A stretch of DNA of 64,000 nucleotides from Herpetosiphon geysericola (GTDB lineage: Bacteria > Chloroflexota > Chloroflexia > Chloroflexales > Herpetosiphonaceae): contig NZ_LGKP01000040.1 in assembly GCF_001306135.1 (NCBI RefSeq), positions 88,726 to 152,725 of the forward strand. The letters run 5' to 3'. Each line of letters begins with the position of its first letter. The stretch's first letter is position 1. Of this stretch, positions 49,029 to 59,328 are shown piece after piece. The notes beneath the pieces are model-generated. The model searched no databases, was not told the DNA's origin, and saw nothing but the letters and a program-made list of their open reading frames with translations. The translations under genes and the position numbers were made by a program.

Positions 49029-50504
49029 TTATTGGGCGACGGTCAAGACCAAAGCTTTGGCCAAATCGGTGAAGATGTTTGGCAACAAGCCAACCGCGAC
49101 GATCCCAATCACTGCGACGAGTACGCCCAAGGAGAGCGAGGCCGTGGCATAGGTTGGTTGTGGCTCAGTGGCTTCTGCATCGCGCATCCACATCGTCACA
49201 ATCACCCGCAAGTAGAAGAAGGCTGAAACGACGCTGGTGATCACCCCGATAATCGCCAGATAATCGAGGTTCGCATCCCAGGCAGCGCGGAAAATGCCAA
49301 ACTTGCTGGCAAAGCCTGCTGTTGGTGGCACGCCAGCCAACGAGAACATAAACACGGTCATCGCCAGCGCCAAGAGTGGGCTACGTTTGCCCAAGCCACG
49401 CAGATCCTTCAGTTCAAATACGGGCATGCCGCGATTTTCCAAAGCAATCAACACAGCAAACGCGCCGAGGTTGGTCAAGGTATAGGCCAAAAGATAAACC
49501 GTGAAGGCGCTGATGCCTTTTTCGCTGGCAGCCAACACGCCAAGCAACATATAGCCAGCGTGCGCAATCGACGAATAGGCCAACATGCGCTTGAGGTTGC
49601 TTTGGGCAACTGCCACGATATTGCCATACACCATGGTTGCCGCTGCAAACAAACCAAATAGCAATTGCCACTCTGGCTTGAGCGCAGGGAAGGCCACGTT
49701 CAAGAAGCGCAACATGGCGGCGAACGCAGCACCCTTGGTGGCAACCGACATATAGGCGGTTACTGGCGTGGGCGCGCCTTCATACACGTCAGGCGTCCAA
49801 GCGTGGAAGGGAAACATTGAAACCTTGAAGCCCAAGGCAATCAAGACAAAGCCCACTCCAGCCAACAAAATTGGATCATCAAGTGCTTTGCCTGTGCTTT
49901 GCCAGGTGCTCAATTCGGTGGCAATTTGGGCTAAGTTGGTTTTGCCAGTCATGCCATAGATTAAGGCGATGCCATAGACCAAAAAGCCCGCCGCAAAACC
50001 GCCAAGCAACAGATATTTAATCGCTGCTTCGCCCGATTTGAACTGGGGTACGGCAAAGCCGGTCAGCACATACAAGGCAATCGAAAGCGTTTCAACCCCA
50101 ATAAAGATCGTTACAAGGTCGGTTGCTTGAACCAAGAACAACATCCCAGAGGTTGCAAACAACACCAAGGGATAAAACTCGCCTTGGTTGAGATTTTGGC
50201 GTGGCATGTAATCAAAGGCAATCAGCAAGGTCAATGCTGTACCTGCCAGCAAAATCCAATTTACTAACACCCCAAACTTATCAAACACCAACATGTCTGA
50301 AAAGCCTGAGACAGTTAAGCCATAATCCAGCGCACCAAGCGCCGCAGTCACGCCCAGCCCAATCAGGCATAGCGTGATCAGAACCCGCCGATCCGAGGTA
50401 AACATATCGACAATCAAGACCAACATCGCCCAAATCATCAGGAATGCTGGCATGCCTAAGACTGTCCAGTTAATCTCCGGCGTGATAAATGTTAAATCAT
50501 TCAT
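49029..50504 (-). CDS. nuoN: NADH-quinone oxidoreductase subunit N
   Basis: 491-aa polytopic antiporter-like subunit; last gene of the I-J-K-L-M-N order. Confidence 0.85.
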   Translation of the reverse strand: MNDLTFITPEINWTVLGMPAFLMIWAMLVLIVDMFTSDRRVLITLCLIGLGVTAALGALDYGLTVSGFSDMLVFDKFGVLVNWILLAGTALTLLIAFDYMPRQNLNQGEFYPLVLFATSGMLFLVQATDLVTIFIGVETLSIALYVLTGFAVPQFKSGEAAIKYLLLGGFAAGFLVYGIALIYGMTGKTNLAQIATELSTWQSTGKALDDPILLAGVGFVLIALGFKVSMFPFHAWTPDVYEGAPTPVTAYMSVATKGAAFAAMLRFLNVAFPALKPEWQLLFGLFAAATMVYGNIVAVAQSNLKRMLAYSSIAHAGYMLLGVLAASEKGISAFTVYLLAYTLTNLGAFAVLIALENRGMPVFELKDLRGLGKRSPLLALAMTVFMFSLAGVPPTAGFASKFGIFRAAWDANLDYLAIIGVITSVVSAFFYLRVIVTMWMRDAEATEPQPTYATASLSLGVLVAVIGIVAVGLLPNIFTDLAKALVLTVAQ

Positions 50505-50522
50505 TCGAACTCACGCTCCGTC

Positions 50523-52076
50523 TTATTGGCCAGCAATCAGTGGCGCAGCATTAGCAACGAAGGCTTCAAGCGCCTTGATCGTTGTTTCCATTGGGCGAGT
50601 AAAGTATGGCGAGTAGAGACCAATTACCAACATCAGGATACAGAGTGGCAACAAAATCGCTACTTCGCGGCGAGTCAAATCGCTCAGGTGCGGCGTGCGG
50701 CGTTCGCTAAATGGCCCCGAAGCAATGCCTTGGAACATTTTGAGCAAATAGACCGCTGCCAAAATTACGCCAACTGCGGCAAACGCGGTAAACGTCCAGC
50801 CGATTGGCGAATCGAATGCGCCGAGCATAATCAAGAATTCGCCAACGAAGCCGTTCAAGCCAGGCAAGCCGACCGAGGCCATGGTGGCAAACAACAGAAA
50901 GTAGACAAACACAGGCACAACTTTCCACAAACCGCCGTAATCGGCCAGCTCGCGGGTGTGAGTGCGTTCGTAAACCATCCCAATCAGCAAGAACAATGCG
51001 CCAGTGCTCAACCCGTGGTTGATCATTTGCAACACTGCACCTTGCAAACCAACTTCATTCAGCGCGAAAATCCCCAACACGATAAAGCCCATGTGGCTGA
51101 CTGATGAATAAGCCACCAGCTTTTTAATATCGCTTTGGGCATATGAAAGCACTGCGCCATAGATGATCCCAATCACTGCCAGCAAGGCAATTGGCCGTGC
51201 CCATTCTTGGGCAACTTGCGGGAACAACTGCACGCAGAAGCGAATCATGCCGTAGCCGCCCATTTTCAGCAGCACCGCTGCCAGAATTACCGAGCCAGCG
51301 GTTGGGGCTTCAACGTGGGCATCGGGCAACCATGTGTGGACAGGCCACAATGGAACTTTGACCGCAAACGCCACGAAGAATGAGAGGAACAGCAGTTTCA
51401 ATTGGGTATCCGACAAGCCAAATTGATTAATATTGGCCATCAAGGTTTGCACTTGGAAGGCCGTATCAGTTGGCAAGCCTTGTTGCGCCAAATACTTGTA
51501 ATTGAGCAAGCCCAAGGCAATAATGCCGATCAACATAAACACCGAGGCAGCGAAGGTATACAAGAAGAACTTCACTGTGGCATAAATGCGGCGCTTGCCA
51601 CCCCAAATCCCAATCAAGAAATACATTGGAATCAGGGTAAATTCCCAGAAGATATAGAACAAGAACAGGTCTTGGGCGAGAAACACGCCCAACATGCCCG
51701 TTTCTTGCAACAGAATTAGCATCAAGAAGTTGTTGGTTTTGTCTTCAACATTCCAGGCACTCCAAATTGCCAATGGCGTGACGAAGGTTGTCAGCAGCAC
51801 CAACCACAAACTAATGCCATCAAGACCCAGCTCGTAGCGCACGCCCCAATCAGGAATCCAGTTGAAATATTCGTAGAACTGAAGACCAGCGGCATCGTGC
51901 TTGAAATTGAACAAAAGTGGCAATGACACGGCGAAAACGAGTGTGCTCCAGCCCAAGGCAAAAATTCGGGCTGCTCCGCGTTGGCCGCGCATAAACGCCA
52001 GGATGATCGCACCGACGGCGGGTAAAAACACCACCAGCGATAAGATCGTAAAACCTAAGTCGTTTGTATTCGTCAA
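50523..52076 (-). CDS. nuoM: NADH-quinone oxidoreductase subunit M
   Basis: 517-aa Mrp-antiporter-like subunit. Confidence 0.85.
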   Translation of the reverse strand: MTNTNDLGFTILSLVVFLPAVGAIILAFMRGQRGAARIFALGWSTLVFAVSLPLLFNFKHDAAGLQFYEYFNWIPDWGVRYELGLDGISLWLVLLTTFVTPLAIWSAWNVEDKTNNFLMLILLQETGMLGVFLAQDLFLFYIFWEFTLIPMYFLIGIWGGKRRIYATVKFFLYTFAASVFMLIGIIALGLLNYKYLAQQGLPTDTAFQVQTLMANINQFGLSDTQLKLLFLSFFVAFAVKVPLWPVHTWLPDAHVEAPTAGSVILAAVLLKMGGYGMIRFCVQLFPQVAQEWARPIALLAVIGIIYGAVLSYAQSDIKKLVAYSSVSHMGFIVLGIFALNEVGLQGAVLQMINHGLSTGALFLLIGMVYERTHTRELADYGGLWKVVPVFVYFLLFATMASVGLPGLNGFVGEFLIMLGAFDSPIGWTFTAFAAVGVILAAVYLLKMFQGIASGPFSERRTPHLSDLTRREVAILLPLCILMLVIGLYSPYFTRPMETTIKALEAFVANAAPLIAGQ

Positions 52077-52122
52077 GGGTTACTCCTTGTGAAGAAACAA
52101 GCCGGAGCCTGCGCTTCACGTC

Positions 52123-54207
52123 CTAGCGCAACGCAAAGAAGCCAAGCACGATCACCACACCGATCACAAACATCAGTGCATACGAGCGTACATAGCCCGA
52201 TTGGAACGTTCGCAAGCCGCGACCCGACAAGCCGACAAGCTCTGCCGTGCCATTAACGATGCCATCAATGATTTTGACATCGAAGAACTTACCAAAGAAG
52301 CTGGCCAAAGCCTTATATGGCTTGACTAACACCGCGTTATACAAGGCATCAAAGCCCCATTTTTCCTCAAGGATGGCGTAGAAATCGCCGCCCCAGTGGT
52401 GCAACAGGTCGCGTTGGTTGGGCTTGATGCGCTTGTGCTTGGCTGCCCAATTATAGAGATAGAAGCCAGCTGCAAAGGCAAGCAAACCTAAGATCGTCAC
52501 AATTGCGGCGATGTTGAGGTGGAACTTGGCAGCTTCTTCTTCGACGATTGGCTCAAGCCAAGTGGTCAGTGGATGCCAGCCAGGTACGTTGATCAAACCA
52601 CTGGCAAGCGTCAACAAGGCCAAGGCGATCAACGGGGCAGTCATCCAACGGCTGCTCTCGTGAGCGTGAATGTGTTGATCGCGTTGTTCGCCAAAGAAGA
52701 CCATTGAGATTTGGCGACCCATGTAGAACGAGGTCAAAACCGCGCCCACAATCAACAATATGCCAACCGTGCGATGATCGTGATCGAAGGCATGGCCAAT
52801 AATTTCATCTTTCGACCAGAAACCTGAAACCAACGGGAAGCCAATCAAGCCCATCGTCCCGACGATATACGTCCAGAAGGTGGTGGGCATTTTCTTGCGC
52901 AACCCACCCATTTTACGCATATCTTGCTCGTTGCCAAAGCCGTGAATCACCGAGCCAGAGCCAAGGAACAAGAGCGCTTTGAAAATCCCGTGGGTCAGCA
53001 GGTGGAACATCGCGGCAACGTATGCTCCCATACCCACTGCCGCCACCATAAAGCCCAATTGCGAAACAGTCGAGAAGGCCAACACCTTCTTGATGTCGTA
53101 TTGACCAAGCGCAATCGAAGCAGCGACCAACGCCGTTGCAACCCCAATAAAGGTTACGGTGCTTTGAACAGATGGCGCTAATTCAAAGATGGGGTGGGTG
53201 CGGATCATCAAGTACACGCCAGCAGTAACCATCGTTGCGGCGTGAATCAAGGCAGAAACCGGGGTTGGGCCAGCCATTGCATCGGGCAACCAGACAAACA
53301 GCGGAATTTGCGCCGATTTCCCAGTTACGCCAAGCAACAGCATAAAGGCAATCGCCCCAGCTGCCGTGTATTGCGTGCCCAGAAAGAAAGTGCTGTATTG
53401 TTGCAGCGAGAAGACCGTGCCTTGATCCAAGACTTCGCGGAAGATCAATGAATGCAAAAACGTGCCATCGGGCTTACGCGCCAAGGCATAAATTGCAAAC
53501 ATTGCCATCAACAAGCCAAAGTCGCCAACCCGGTTGGTAACAAACGCTTTGACCGAAGCCCATGGTGGGTCGCGTTGTTCAAACCAGAAGCCAATCAGCA
53601 AGAACGAACACAAGCCCACGCCTTCCCAACCCAAGAACAGCATCACAAAGTTGTTGCCCATCACGAGCATCAACATTGCCACAATAAACAGGTTGAGGTA
53701 GACGAAGAAACGGGTCGGGCGTTCGTCGTGGCTCATATAGCCAATCGCATAGAGGTGAATCAACGTCCCTACGCCAGTGACCAAGAGCATCATGGTGACT
53801 GAAAGTTGGTCGATCAAAAACCCGAAGGGGATTTTCAAATCGCCAAAAGCCATCCAGTTCCAATAAGTTACGTCAAACCAACGGTTATTTTCGCCCAACG
53901 TGGTTGGGGCAGGCATGCCCAGCAACTCAACGAGGGTTACGAGGGTCAGCACAAAGCCCAAACCAACCATCAGGCTCGCGATCAAGCCAGAGCGTTTTGC
54001 TCTTGGGTTATCGCTGTGGCCGTGGTGCGCGTCAGCGTGGCCATGCCCGTGATCATGCCCATGGTCGTGGTGAGCGTTGGCACGGCTACGCCGCAAATCG
54101 TTCAACCCCAACAGGGTATTGATCACGACACCGAGCAGTGGCAGCAACGGCACAAGCCAAATTAATTCCGCCATAAGTTCTCCAGTAGACACTTCGGCAA
54201 GGTGCAA
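52123..54207 (-). CDS. nuoL: NADH-quinone oxidoreductase subunit L, with a His-rich N-terminal insertion
   Basis: 694-aa antiporter-like subunit with a C-terminal long-helix region. Insert AHHDHGHDHGHGHADAHHGHSD after TM1. Confidence 0.85.
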   Translation of the reverse strand: MHLAEVSTGELMAELIWLVPLLPLLGVVINTLLGLNDLRRSRANAHHDHGHDHGHGHADAHHGHSDNPRAKRSGLIASLMVGLGFVLTLVTLVELLGMPAPTTLGENNRWFDVTYWNWMAFGDLKIPFGFLIDQLSVTMMLLVTGVGTLIHLYAIGYMSHDERPTRFFVYLNLFIVAMLMLVMGNNFVMLFLGWEGVGLCSFLLIGFWFEQRDPPWASVKAFVTNRVGDFGLLMAMFAIYALARKPDGTFLHSLIFREVLDQGTVFSLQQYSTFFLGTQYTAAGAIAFMLLLGVTGKSAQIPLFVWLPDAMAGPTPVSALIHAATMVTAGVYLMIRTHPIFELAPSVQSTVTFIGVATALVAASIALGQYDIKKVLAFSTVSQLGFMVAAVGMGAYVAAMFHLLTHGIFKALLFLGSGSVIHGFGNEQDMRKMGGLRKKMPTTFWTYIVGTMGLIGFPLVSGFWSKDEIIGHAFDHDHRTVGILLIVGAVLTSFYMGRQISMVFFGEQRDQHIHAHESSRWMTAPLIALALLTLASGLINVPGWHPLTTWLEPIVEEEAAKFHLNIAAIVTILGLLAFAAGFYLYNWAAKHKRIKPNQRDLLHHWGGDFYAILEEKWGFDALYNAVLVKPYKALASFFGKFFDVKIIDGIVNGTAELVGLSGRGLRTFQSGYVRSYALMFVIGVVIVLGFFALR

Positions 54208-54216
54208 GGCCGTTGC

Positions 54217-54519
54217 CTAGCCCTTGAGCGTATTCACGTCATCGATATTGGTGGTCTTTTTGGCACGGAAAATCGACACCAACAGCGCCAAACCAACTGC
54301 GACTTCTGCCGCAGCGACTGCAATCACGAAAAATGTCATAATTTGGCCATCGCTTTCAGCACGTGCACGGCTAAACGCAATTAACGCCAAATTGGCCGAA
54401 TTGAGCATCAACTCAACCGACATAAACATGATGATTACATTGCGGCGCACCAAGACCCCAACAACCCCAATCGTAAACAGAATTGCACTCAGCAATACAT
54501 AGGCATTGGTTGAAATCAC
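54217..54519 (-). CDS. nuoK: NADH-quinone oxidoreductase subunit K
   Basis: 100 aa with 3 TM helices; 4-nt overlap with nuoJ. Confidence 0.85.
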   Translation of the reverse strand: MISTNAYVLLSAILFTIGVVGVLVRRNVIIMFMSVELMLNSANLALIAFSRARAESDGQIMTFFVIAVAAAEVAVGLALLVSIFRAKKTTNIDDVNTLKG

Positions 54520-55040
54520 GATTGGCGCTCCTCGCGGGCAACCACCCGCCGACGGGTCAGCACAACTGTCCCGACTACTGCAATCAAGAGCAGAATAGAA
54601 ATGACTTCAAAGGGCAAGAGATAGGTGCTGAAAAGCTTGGCACTGATCGTGGTTGGCGCGCCAATATTGGTCGCATCGGCCACAGGGGCGTCGATCAACT
54701 TGGTGCCGCGATAGGCCACATAGCCAATCTCAGCCAACAATGCGACCCCAAGGATCAGGCCAGCTGGTTTTTGCCAACCAATCTTCTCCTCGCCGAGCTC
54801 AGCATTTTCAGCGCCCAAAAGCATGATCACGAACAGGAAGAGCACCATAATCGCGCCAGCATAAACCGTCACTTGAACTGCACCGAGAAACGGCGCGCGC
54901 AGCAAAAAATATAAAATGGCGACCGAGCAGAAATTCAAAATCAAAAACAGCGCACTATGCACTGCATTGCTGCTCAGCACCATTGCCAAGGCTGCCCCCA
55001 CCGCCACAATGGCCGTGGTGATAAACAAAAATGTTTCCAT
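54516..55040 (-). CDS. nuoJ: NADH-quinone oxidoreductase subunit J
   Basis: Start taken at METFLF (GGGAG RBS); the longer ORF would run into the repeat region. Confidence 0.8.
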   Translation of the reverse strand: METFLFITTAIVAVGAALAMVLSSNAVHSALFLILNFCSVAILYFLLRAPFLGAVQVTVYAGAIMVLFLFVIMLLGAENAELGEEKIGWQKPAGLILGVALLAEIGYVAYRGTKLIDAPVADATNIGAPTTISAKLFSTYLLPFEVISILLLIAVVGTVVLTRRRVVAREERQS

Positions 55041-55058
55041 GGACACTCCCAGATAAAG

Positions 55059-55215
55059 GATGAAGGATGAGGGATGAAATTCAAACCCCGTTGGCACGCC
55101 CTTCACACTTTGAACCGTTGGCTACCCTAAGCTATAAAGTAGAAGCTTGGGCCCAGAGGAAGCAAATTCAGCCTCAATTAGCCCATCCTTCATACTTCGT
55201 CCTTCATACTTCATA
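55059..55215. repeat. intergenic repeat, locus C
   Basis: ggatgaaggatgagggatgaa, and its inverted partner cccatccttcatacttcgtccttcatacttcat. Confidence 0.5.
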
Positions 55216-55219
55216 CCTT

Positions 55220-55726
55220 TTATAGGTCTATTTGGGCCGGTGGGTTAAGTTGTTTGCCAGTTTGTTGCAAGACTGGTGGCACTTCGCCGTGGCCTTTATC
55301 GACCGGCACCAACAACATATCTTGGGTATAGATCGAGGCGCGGCGATCGTAGAAGGCTAATTCATATTGGTGCTCAAGCACAATTGCGTTGGTCGGGCAT
55401 GCATCTTCGCAGTAGCCACAAAAAATACAGCGCAACATATTAATTTCATACACCGCCGCATGACGCTCGCCTGCTGAGCGTGGATTCGCCGGATCGTTCT
55501 GGCCAGGCACCACATAAATTGCATCTGCCGGACAAGCAGCAGCACACAGCGAACACCCAATACACCGCTCTAAACCATTAGCAAAACGCTTCAGTTCATG
55601 CCGCCCTCGGAAGCGCTCGCGGACAGGCCGTTTGACCTCAGGATATTCAACGGTCACAGGCTTTTTGAAGAGATATTTCGCCGTGGTTTTGAGACCCTTA
55701 AAATAGGCCATCGTTCCTTTCAGCAT
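55220..55726 (-). CDS. nuoI: NADH-quinone oxidoreductase subunit I (2x[4Fe-4S] ferredoxin)
   Basis: CIGCSLCAAACP and CIFCGYCEDACP. Confidence 0.85.
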   Translation of the reverse strand: MLKGTMAYFKGLKTTAKYLFKKPVTVEYPEVKRPVRERFRGRHELKRFANGLERCIGCSLCAAACPADAIYVVPGQNDPANPRSAGERHAAVYEINMLRCIFCGYCEDACPTNAIVLEHQYELAFYDRRASIYTQDMLLVPVDKGHGEVPPVLQQTGKQLNPPAQIDL

Positions 55727-55859
55727 TGGCGATTCCTTTCTCGGTGCGTGACTCCCATGGCGTTCACGCCAAAACCGCCACTGTGCGTCAAGCGGCGGTG
55801 CAATGTTTTTCGAATCGGTGCCGTCGCGGGCGTGTTTATTTTATCACAATCTCTTGATA

Positions 55860-56113
55860 AGCCAAACAGGATGAGAAAAGGATGAAAGATGAAGTATGAG
55901 GGAGGAAAAGAAGAACAAAGAGCATAGGAAAGGATGAGGGATGAAGGATGAAGAATGAAATACCAAATCAAAGGTCAAAGGTCAAAACTCAAAAGCGAGA
56001 TCAAAAGGCTACTGGCTATCGGAACGTTTTCTCGTATGACACTCATTCGCGATAGCCAAAAGCCTGTAGCCTGTAGCCTTTCGTCACAGCTTCGTGGCCC
56101 TTCGTGTCCTTCG
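55860..56113. repeat. composite intergenic repeat region, locus D
   Basis: ggatgagggatgaaggatgaagaatgaaat, aaaggtcaaaggtcaaaactcaaaag and ttcgtggcccttcgtgtccttcgtgg. These match motifs of loci A, B and C. Confidence 0.6.
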
Positions 56114-56124
56114 TGGATCAAAAC

Positions 56125-57333
56125 CTAGCCAACAACTTCTTGCTCATTCCAGCCTGCAAACGGATCATCGATGTGCCAACATTCAGCTGGTTGCTGCCAC
56201 TCTTGATCTGTCAGTAAACAAGCATCTAATTGCTGTTGCAACCAAGCCTGATCAAAAGCTTGGCCAATAAAGACTAATTCTTGGCGCCGATCGCCAACCT
56301 GTTCATTCCACAAGGCCTCGATTTCAGCCCGTTCCTCGGCGGTTTCCGGCCACTCGCTTTGATCGCTATCAGCCCACCATTCGCCAGCAGGCTCGACCCG
56401 ACAATTTTGTCCCGCCTGCGAAAGCAAACCAGCAGTTGTTGGCTGCGAAATCACCCAAAAGAAACCTTTGGCCCGAATCACGCCATGCCAATCGCTATTC
56501 ACAAATTCCCAAAAGCGTTGGGCAGAAAATGGTCGGCGTGCCCGATAAACCCAGCTACGAATGCCATATTCCTCAGTTTCGGGCGTGTGCTCGCCGCGTA
56601 ATTCGGCCAGCCAGCCAGGCGCAGCACTCGCTTGATCAAAATCAAACAAGCCAGTATGCAGAATTTCGCTGAGCGGCACTTGACCATGTTGAGCATGAAT
56701 AATCTTGGCCTGCGGGTTGAGTTTATTCAGCAATTCGTGTAAATGGGTTAATTGTTCGGCACTAACCAAATCAGTTTTATTAATGATCAACACATTGCAA
56801 AACTCAATCTGATCGATCAATAAATCGACCAGTGTCCGCTCATCGGCTTCGTCAATCGCCAAATCACGGTCGCGCAAATCGTGAGCAGCATTGAAATCGT
56901 GCAAAAAATTAAGTGCATCAACCACCGTCACTAGCGTATCGAGCTTGGCAATTTCAGCCAAACTAACGCCAGATTCATCCTCGAAGGTAAAGGTTTCAGC
57001 CACAGGCAAGGGTTCGGAGATGCCTGTTGATTCGATCAGCAGATAATCGAACCGCCCAGCGCGGGCCAATTTACCAACTTCAAGTAGCAAATCTTCGCGC
57101 AATGTACAGCAAATACAGCCATTGCTGAGTTCGATCAATTGTTCTTCAACCCGATTGAGCGCCAGATCGCCGTGGCCCACCAAGCGCGCATCGATATTTA
57201 CTTCGCTCATATCATTAACGATCACTGCGACCCGCAGCCCATCGCGATTGGCCAAAATATGATTGAGTAAGGTGGTTTTTCCAGCCCCGAGAAAGCCCGA
57301 AAGTACAGTAACCGGAAGCGGCAACTTCGCCAT
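56125..57333 (-). CDS. CobW/COG0523-family GTPase (putative metal chaperone)
   Basis: Walker [16 protein letters not shown], metal-binding GCICC, and a C-terminal CobW_C-like domain. Confidence 0.8.
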   Translation of the reverse strand: MAKLPLPVTVLSGFLGAGKTTLLNHILANRDGLRVAVIVNDMSEVNIDARLVGHGDLALNRVEEQLIELSNGCICCTLREDLLLEVGKLARAGRFDYLLIESTGISEPLPVAETFTFEDESGVSLAEIAKLDTLVTVVDALNFLHDFNAAHDLRDRDLAIDEADERTLVDLLIDQIEFCNVLIINKTDLVSAEQLTHLHELLNKLNPQAKIIHAQHGQVPLSEILHTGLFDFDQASAAPGWLAELRGEHTPETEEYGIRSWVYRARRPFSAQRFWEFVNSDWHGVIRAKGFFWVISQPTTAGLLSQAGQNCRVEPAGEWWADSDQSEWPETAEERAEIEALWNEQVGDRRQELVFIGQAFDQAWLQQQLDACLLTDQEWQQPAECWHIDDPFAGWNEQEVVG

Positions 57334-57481
57334 TGAGTATAATCCTTGCTTATTTATTGATACCATGTATCATTATAATCGATTTTCAAATTCGTCAAGC
57401 AGCATTTGACAAAAGCGCCAAATTAGGCTATACTTCAGCACTGTTGAACGGCAAAATTGCCGAAAGCAGACAAACAAATAA

Positions 57482-57557
57482 TCCCTGATAGCTCAGTTGG
57501 TAGAGCAATTGACTGTTAATCAATGGGTCCTAGGTTCGAGTCCTAGTCAGGGAGCCA
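57482..57557 (+). tRNA. tRNA-Asn (anticodon GTT), copy 1, CCA encoded
   Basis: Cloverleaf by hand: acceptor tccctga/tcaggga, D-arm gctc-agttggta-gagc, anticodon arm attga-ctGTTaa-tcaat, T-arm ctagg-ttcgagt-cctag, then gcca. Confidence 0.85.
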
Positions 57558-57578
57558 CTTTCTTTTACAAATTGATAA

Positions 57579-57654
57579 TCCCTGATAGCTCAGTTGGTAG
57601 AGCGGTTGACTGTTAATCAGCATGTCCTAGGTTCGAGTCCTAGTCAGGGAGCCA
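57579..57654 (+). tRNA. tRNA-Asn (anticodon GTT), copy 2, CCA encoded
   Basis: Same fold as copy 1; differs in anticodon stem and variable loop (gttga/tcagc, atgtc). Confidence 0.85.
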
Positions 57655-57986
57655 CAATCGACAAGCGTCCATCTGAGCAATCATTTGGGCGTTTGTCAAT
57701 TAAGCACAAAAAATAAAGCACTGCGTGAAACACAGTCGCTTGGTATCAATAAATAATCAGGGATAACCACCTTATTCCTGATTGGTGCAACTGGCAGCGG
57801 TAGCATGAATAGCTACCATTCATAAAACTGTCTCAGTTTGCCAAGAATCTTGTCCCCTTTATCTATTCAATTGGTAAGGTGCGTTGCTCTTATAGGGGTA
57901 ACTAGCTTATCGTGGTAAGACTGGTGAGCGTCGGCAAAACAACTTCAGTTTTTACCACAAATAGAACTAGCTCATCTTGCAGGTTT

Positions 57987-58250
57987 TTAGGCTGCTGTAA
58001 GATGAGCTAGTTCTATTTTAGATTCTGGATTTTCCTCAATTTCAACCAAGTCACCAAAATCGGCCAGCGAGATCCCTAAAGCCTCACAAAAACGAGCAAT
58101 CGTATCGCTTGTTAGATTGATATAGGGATTGTTTTTGATAGCCGATATTCGAGATTGAGAGATATTTGTAAGCTTGGACAAATCGGTGACTTGAATTTTT
58201 CTCCGCCACATAATTTCATCCAAGTTGTTGCGAAATATCCGTTTGCTCAT
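57987..58250 (-). CDS. XRE-family HTH protein (Cro/C1-type), array member 1
   Basis: LSKLTNISQSRISAIKN...ARFCEALGISLADF. The 3' end lies in a long hairpin (57962-58020). Confidence 0.65.
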   Translation of the reverse strand: MSKRIFRNNLDEIMWRRKIQVTDLSKLTNISQSRISAIKNNPYINLTSDTIARFCEALGISLADFGDLVEIEENPESKIELAHLTAA

Positions 58251-58324
58251 GGCTACCCCCTAATGGAATAGCTGAGATGATAGACTATAGTTGAGATATT
58301 GTCAATATAATGGATGAATAGTTA

Positions 58325-58546
58325 CTATGAAAGGCCGTCAATAACTTCTACAAGTTCATCAGGTTTCACACCTAAAACTCTACCAATAGCAAGCAAGGTT
58401 GAGTAATTTGCATCATGGCGATCATTGTTCCAGAGAGAGTACGCAGTTGCTTGGCCAATCTTTGCCTCGCGAGCCAGCTCGGCAGCCGTTTTGATACCTT
58501 GTTGCTGGGCTAATTCATGAATTTTAAATCGTAATAGCATTAGCAT
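58325..58546 (-). CDS. XRE-family HTH protein, array member 2
   Basis: IHELAQQQGIKTAAELAREAKIGQATAYSLWN. Confidence 0.65.
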   Translation of the reverse strand: MLMLLRFKIHELAQQQGIKTAAELAREAKIGQATAYSLWNNDRHDANYSTLLAIGRVLGVKPDELVEVIDGLS

Positions 58547-58579
58547 TCTTCTCGTATAAATAATGATGTAAACAATTTC

Positions 58580-59008
58580 TTATTCATAGATGATTAAATC
58601 ATCAATCTTAACACCTAATACATCAGCTATTGCTATTAAGGTATCGATATTTGGTTGATATGTTGATCCGTCCCATAACTTATACGCAGTTGTTTGACCT
58701 ATTTTAGCCTCACGGGCTAATTCTGCGGCAGTTGTTATGCCATGTTGCTGTGCAAGCTCTTTGATTCTCAACTTTGCCATAGTTTGATACCCTGCATGTA
58801 TGTCATCATCGGCTATCTGAGTTAATAGATCTCCTGGAGAAACCCCGAGGATTGTGCAAACCTTATCCAAAATAGGAAGATCTATGCGTGTTGTATAGCC
58901 ACGATAGAGACCTTTGGCAGTGTTATAGGAAATCTCAGCTTTATCCGCGAGATCTTGGATTGATAATCCCTTAGATTTAGCCAATATTCCTATATTCAAT
59001 ATAATCAT
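58580..59008 (-). CDS. tandem double-HTH XRE-family protein, array member 3
   Basis: Two consecutive HTH units: LAKSKGLSIQDLADKAEISYNTAKGLYRG... and IKELAQQHGITTAAELAREAKIGQTTAYKLWDG.... The second is near-identical to member 2. Confidence 0.65.
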   Translation of the reverse strand: MIILNIGILAKSKGLSIQDLADKAEISYNTAKGLYRGYTTRIDLPILDKVCTILGVSPGDLLTQIADDDIHAGYQTMAKLRIKELAQQHGITTAAELAREAKIGQTTAYKLWDGSTYQPNIDTLIAIADVLGVKIDDLIIYE

Positions 59009-59019
59009 TCAATCCTCCG

Positions 59020-59241
59020 CTACTCTACAGGCTCCTTCGTTCTTGGCTCGCGTACAAAAACTTCACCAGGCTCTATACCCAACGCTTCGCAAATACTATC
59101 AAGGGTTTTTAAGTCTATTCTGTTTATTCTACCTTTATATAAGCCATATGCTGTCGGATAAGATAGATGAGTTTCATCAGCAAATCGTTGTATATTCCAT
59201 CCTCGTTCATCAACAATCTCTCCAATACGCAAATAAATCAT
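59020..59241 (-). CDS. XRE-family HTH protein, array member 4
   Basis: IGEIVDERGWNIQRFADETHLSYPTAYGLYKG. Confidence 0.6.
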   Translation of the reverse strand: MIYLRIGEIVDERGWNIQRFADETHLSYPTAYGLYKGRINRIDLKTLDSICEALGIEPGEVFVREPRTKEPVE

Positions 59242-59328
59242 TGCTACTCCTGAATGTGTAAATCGTTATCTTGACTGTATAAAATATACCATATACTACG
59301 CAATCAATAAAAATAGTAATCTATTATA

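Noticed and set aside
52519-54165. Multiple plus-strand ORFs (for example 53194..53451, 53452..53802, 53806..54165) inside nuoL
   Set aside because: They are antisense to a highly conserved membrane subunit gene, with His/Gln-rich compositions typical of reverse-strand artefacts.
57660-57990. Possible ncRNA or att site in the 330-bp spacer after the tRNA genes
   Set aside because: Several short hairpins are present (for example ggtagc-atgaata-gctacc), but there is no convincing conserved RNA fold or repeat of the tRNA 3' end. The evidence is insufficient.
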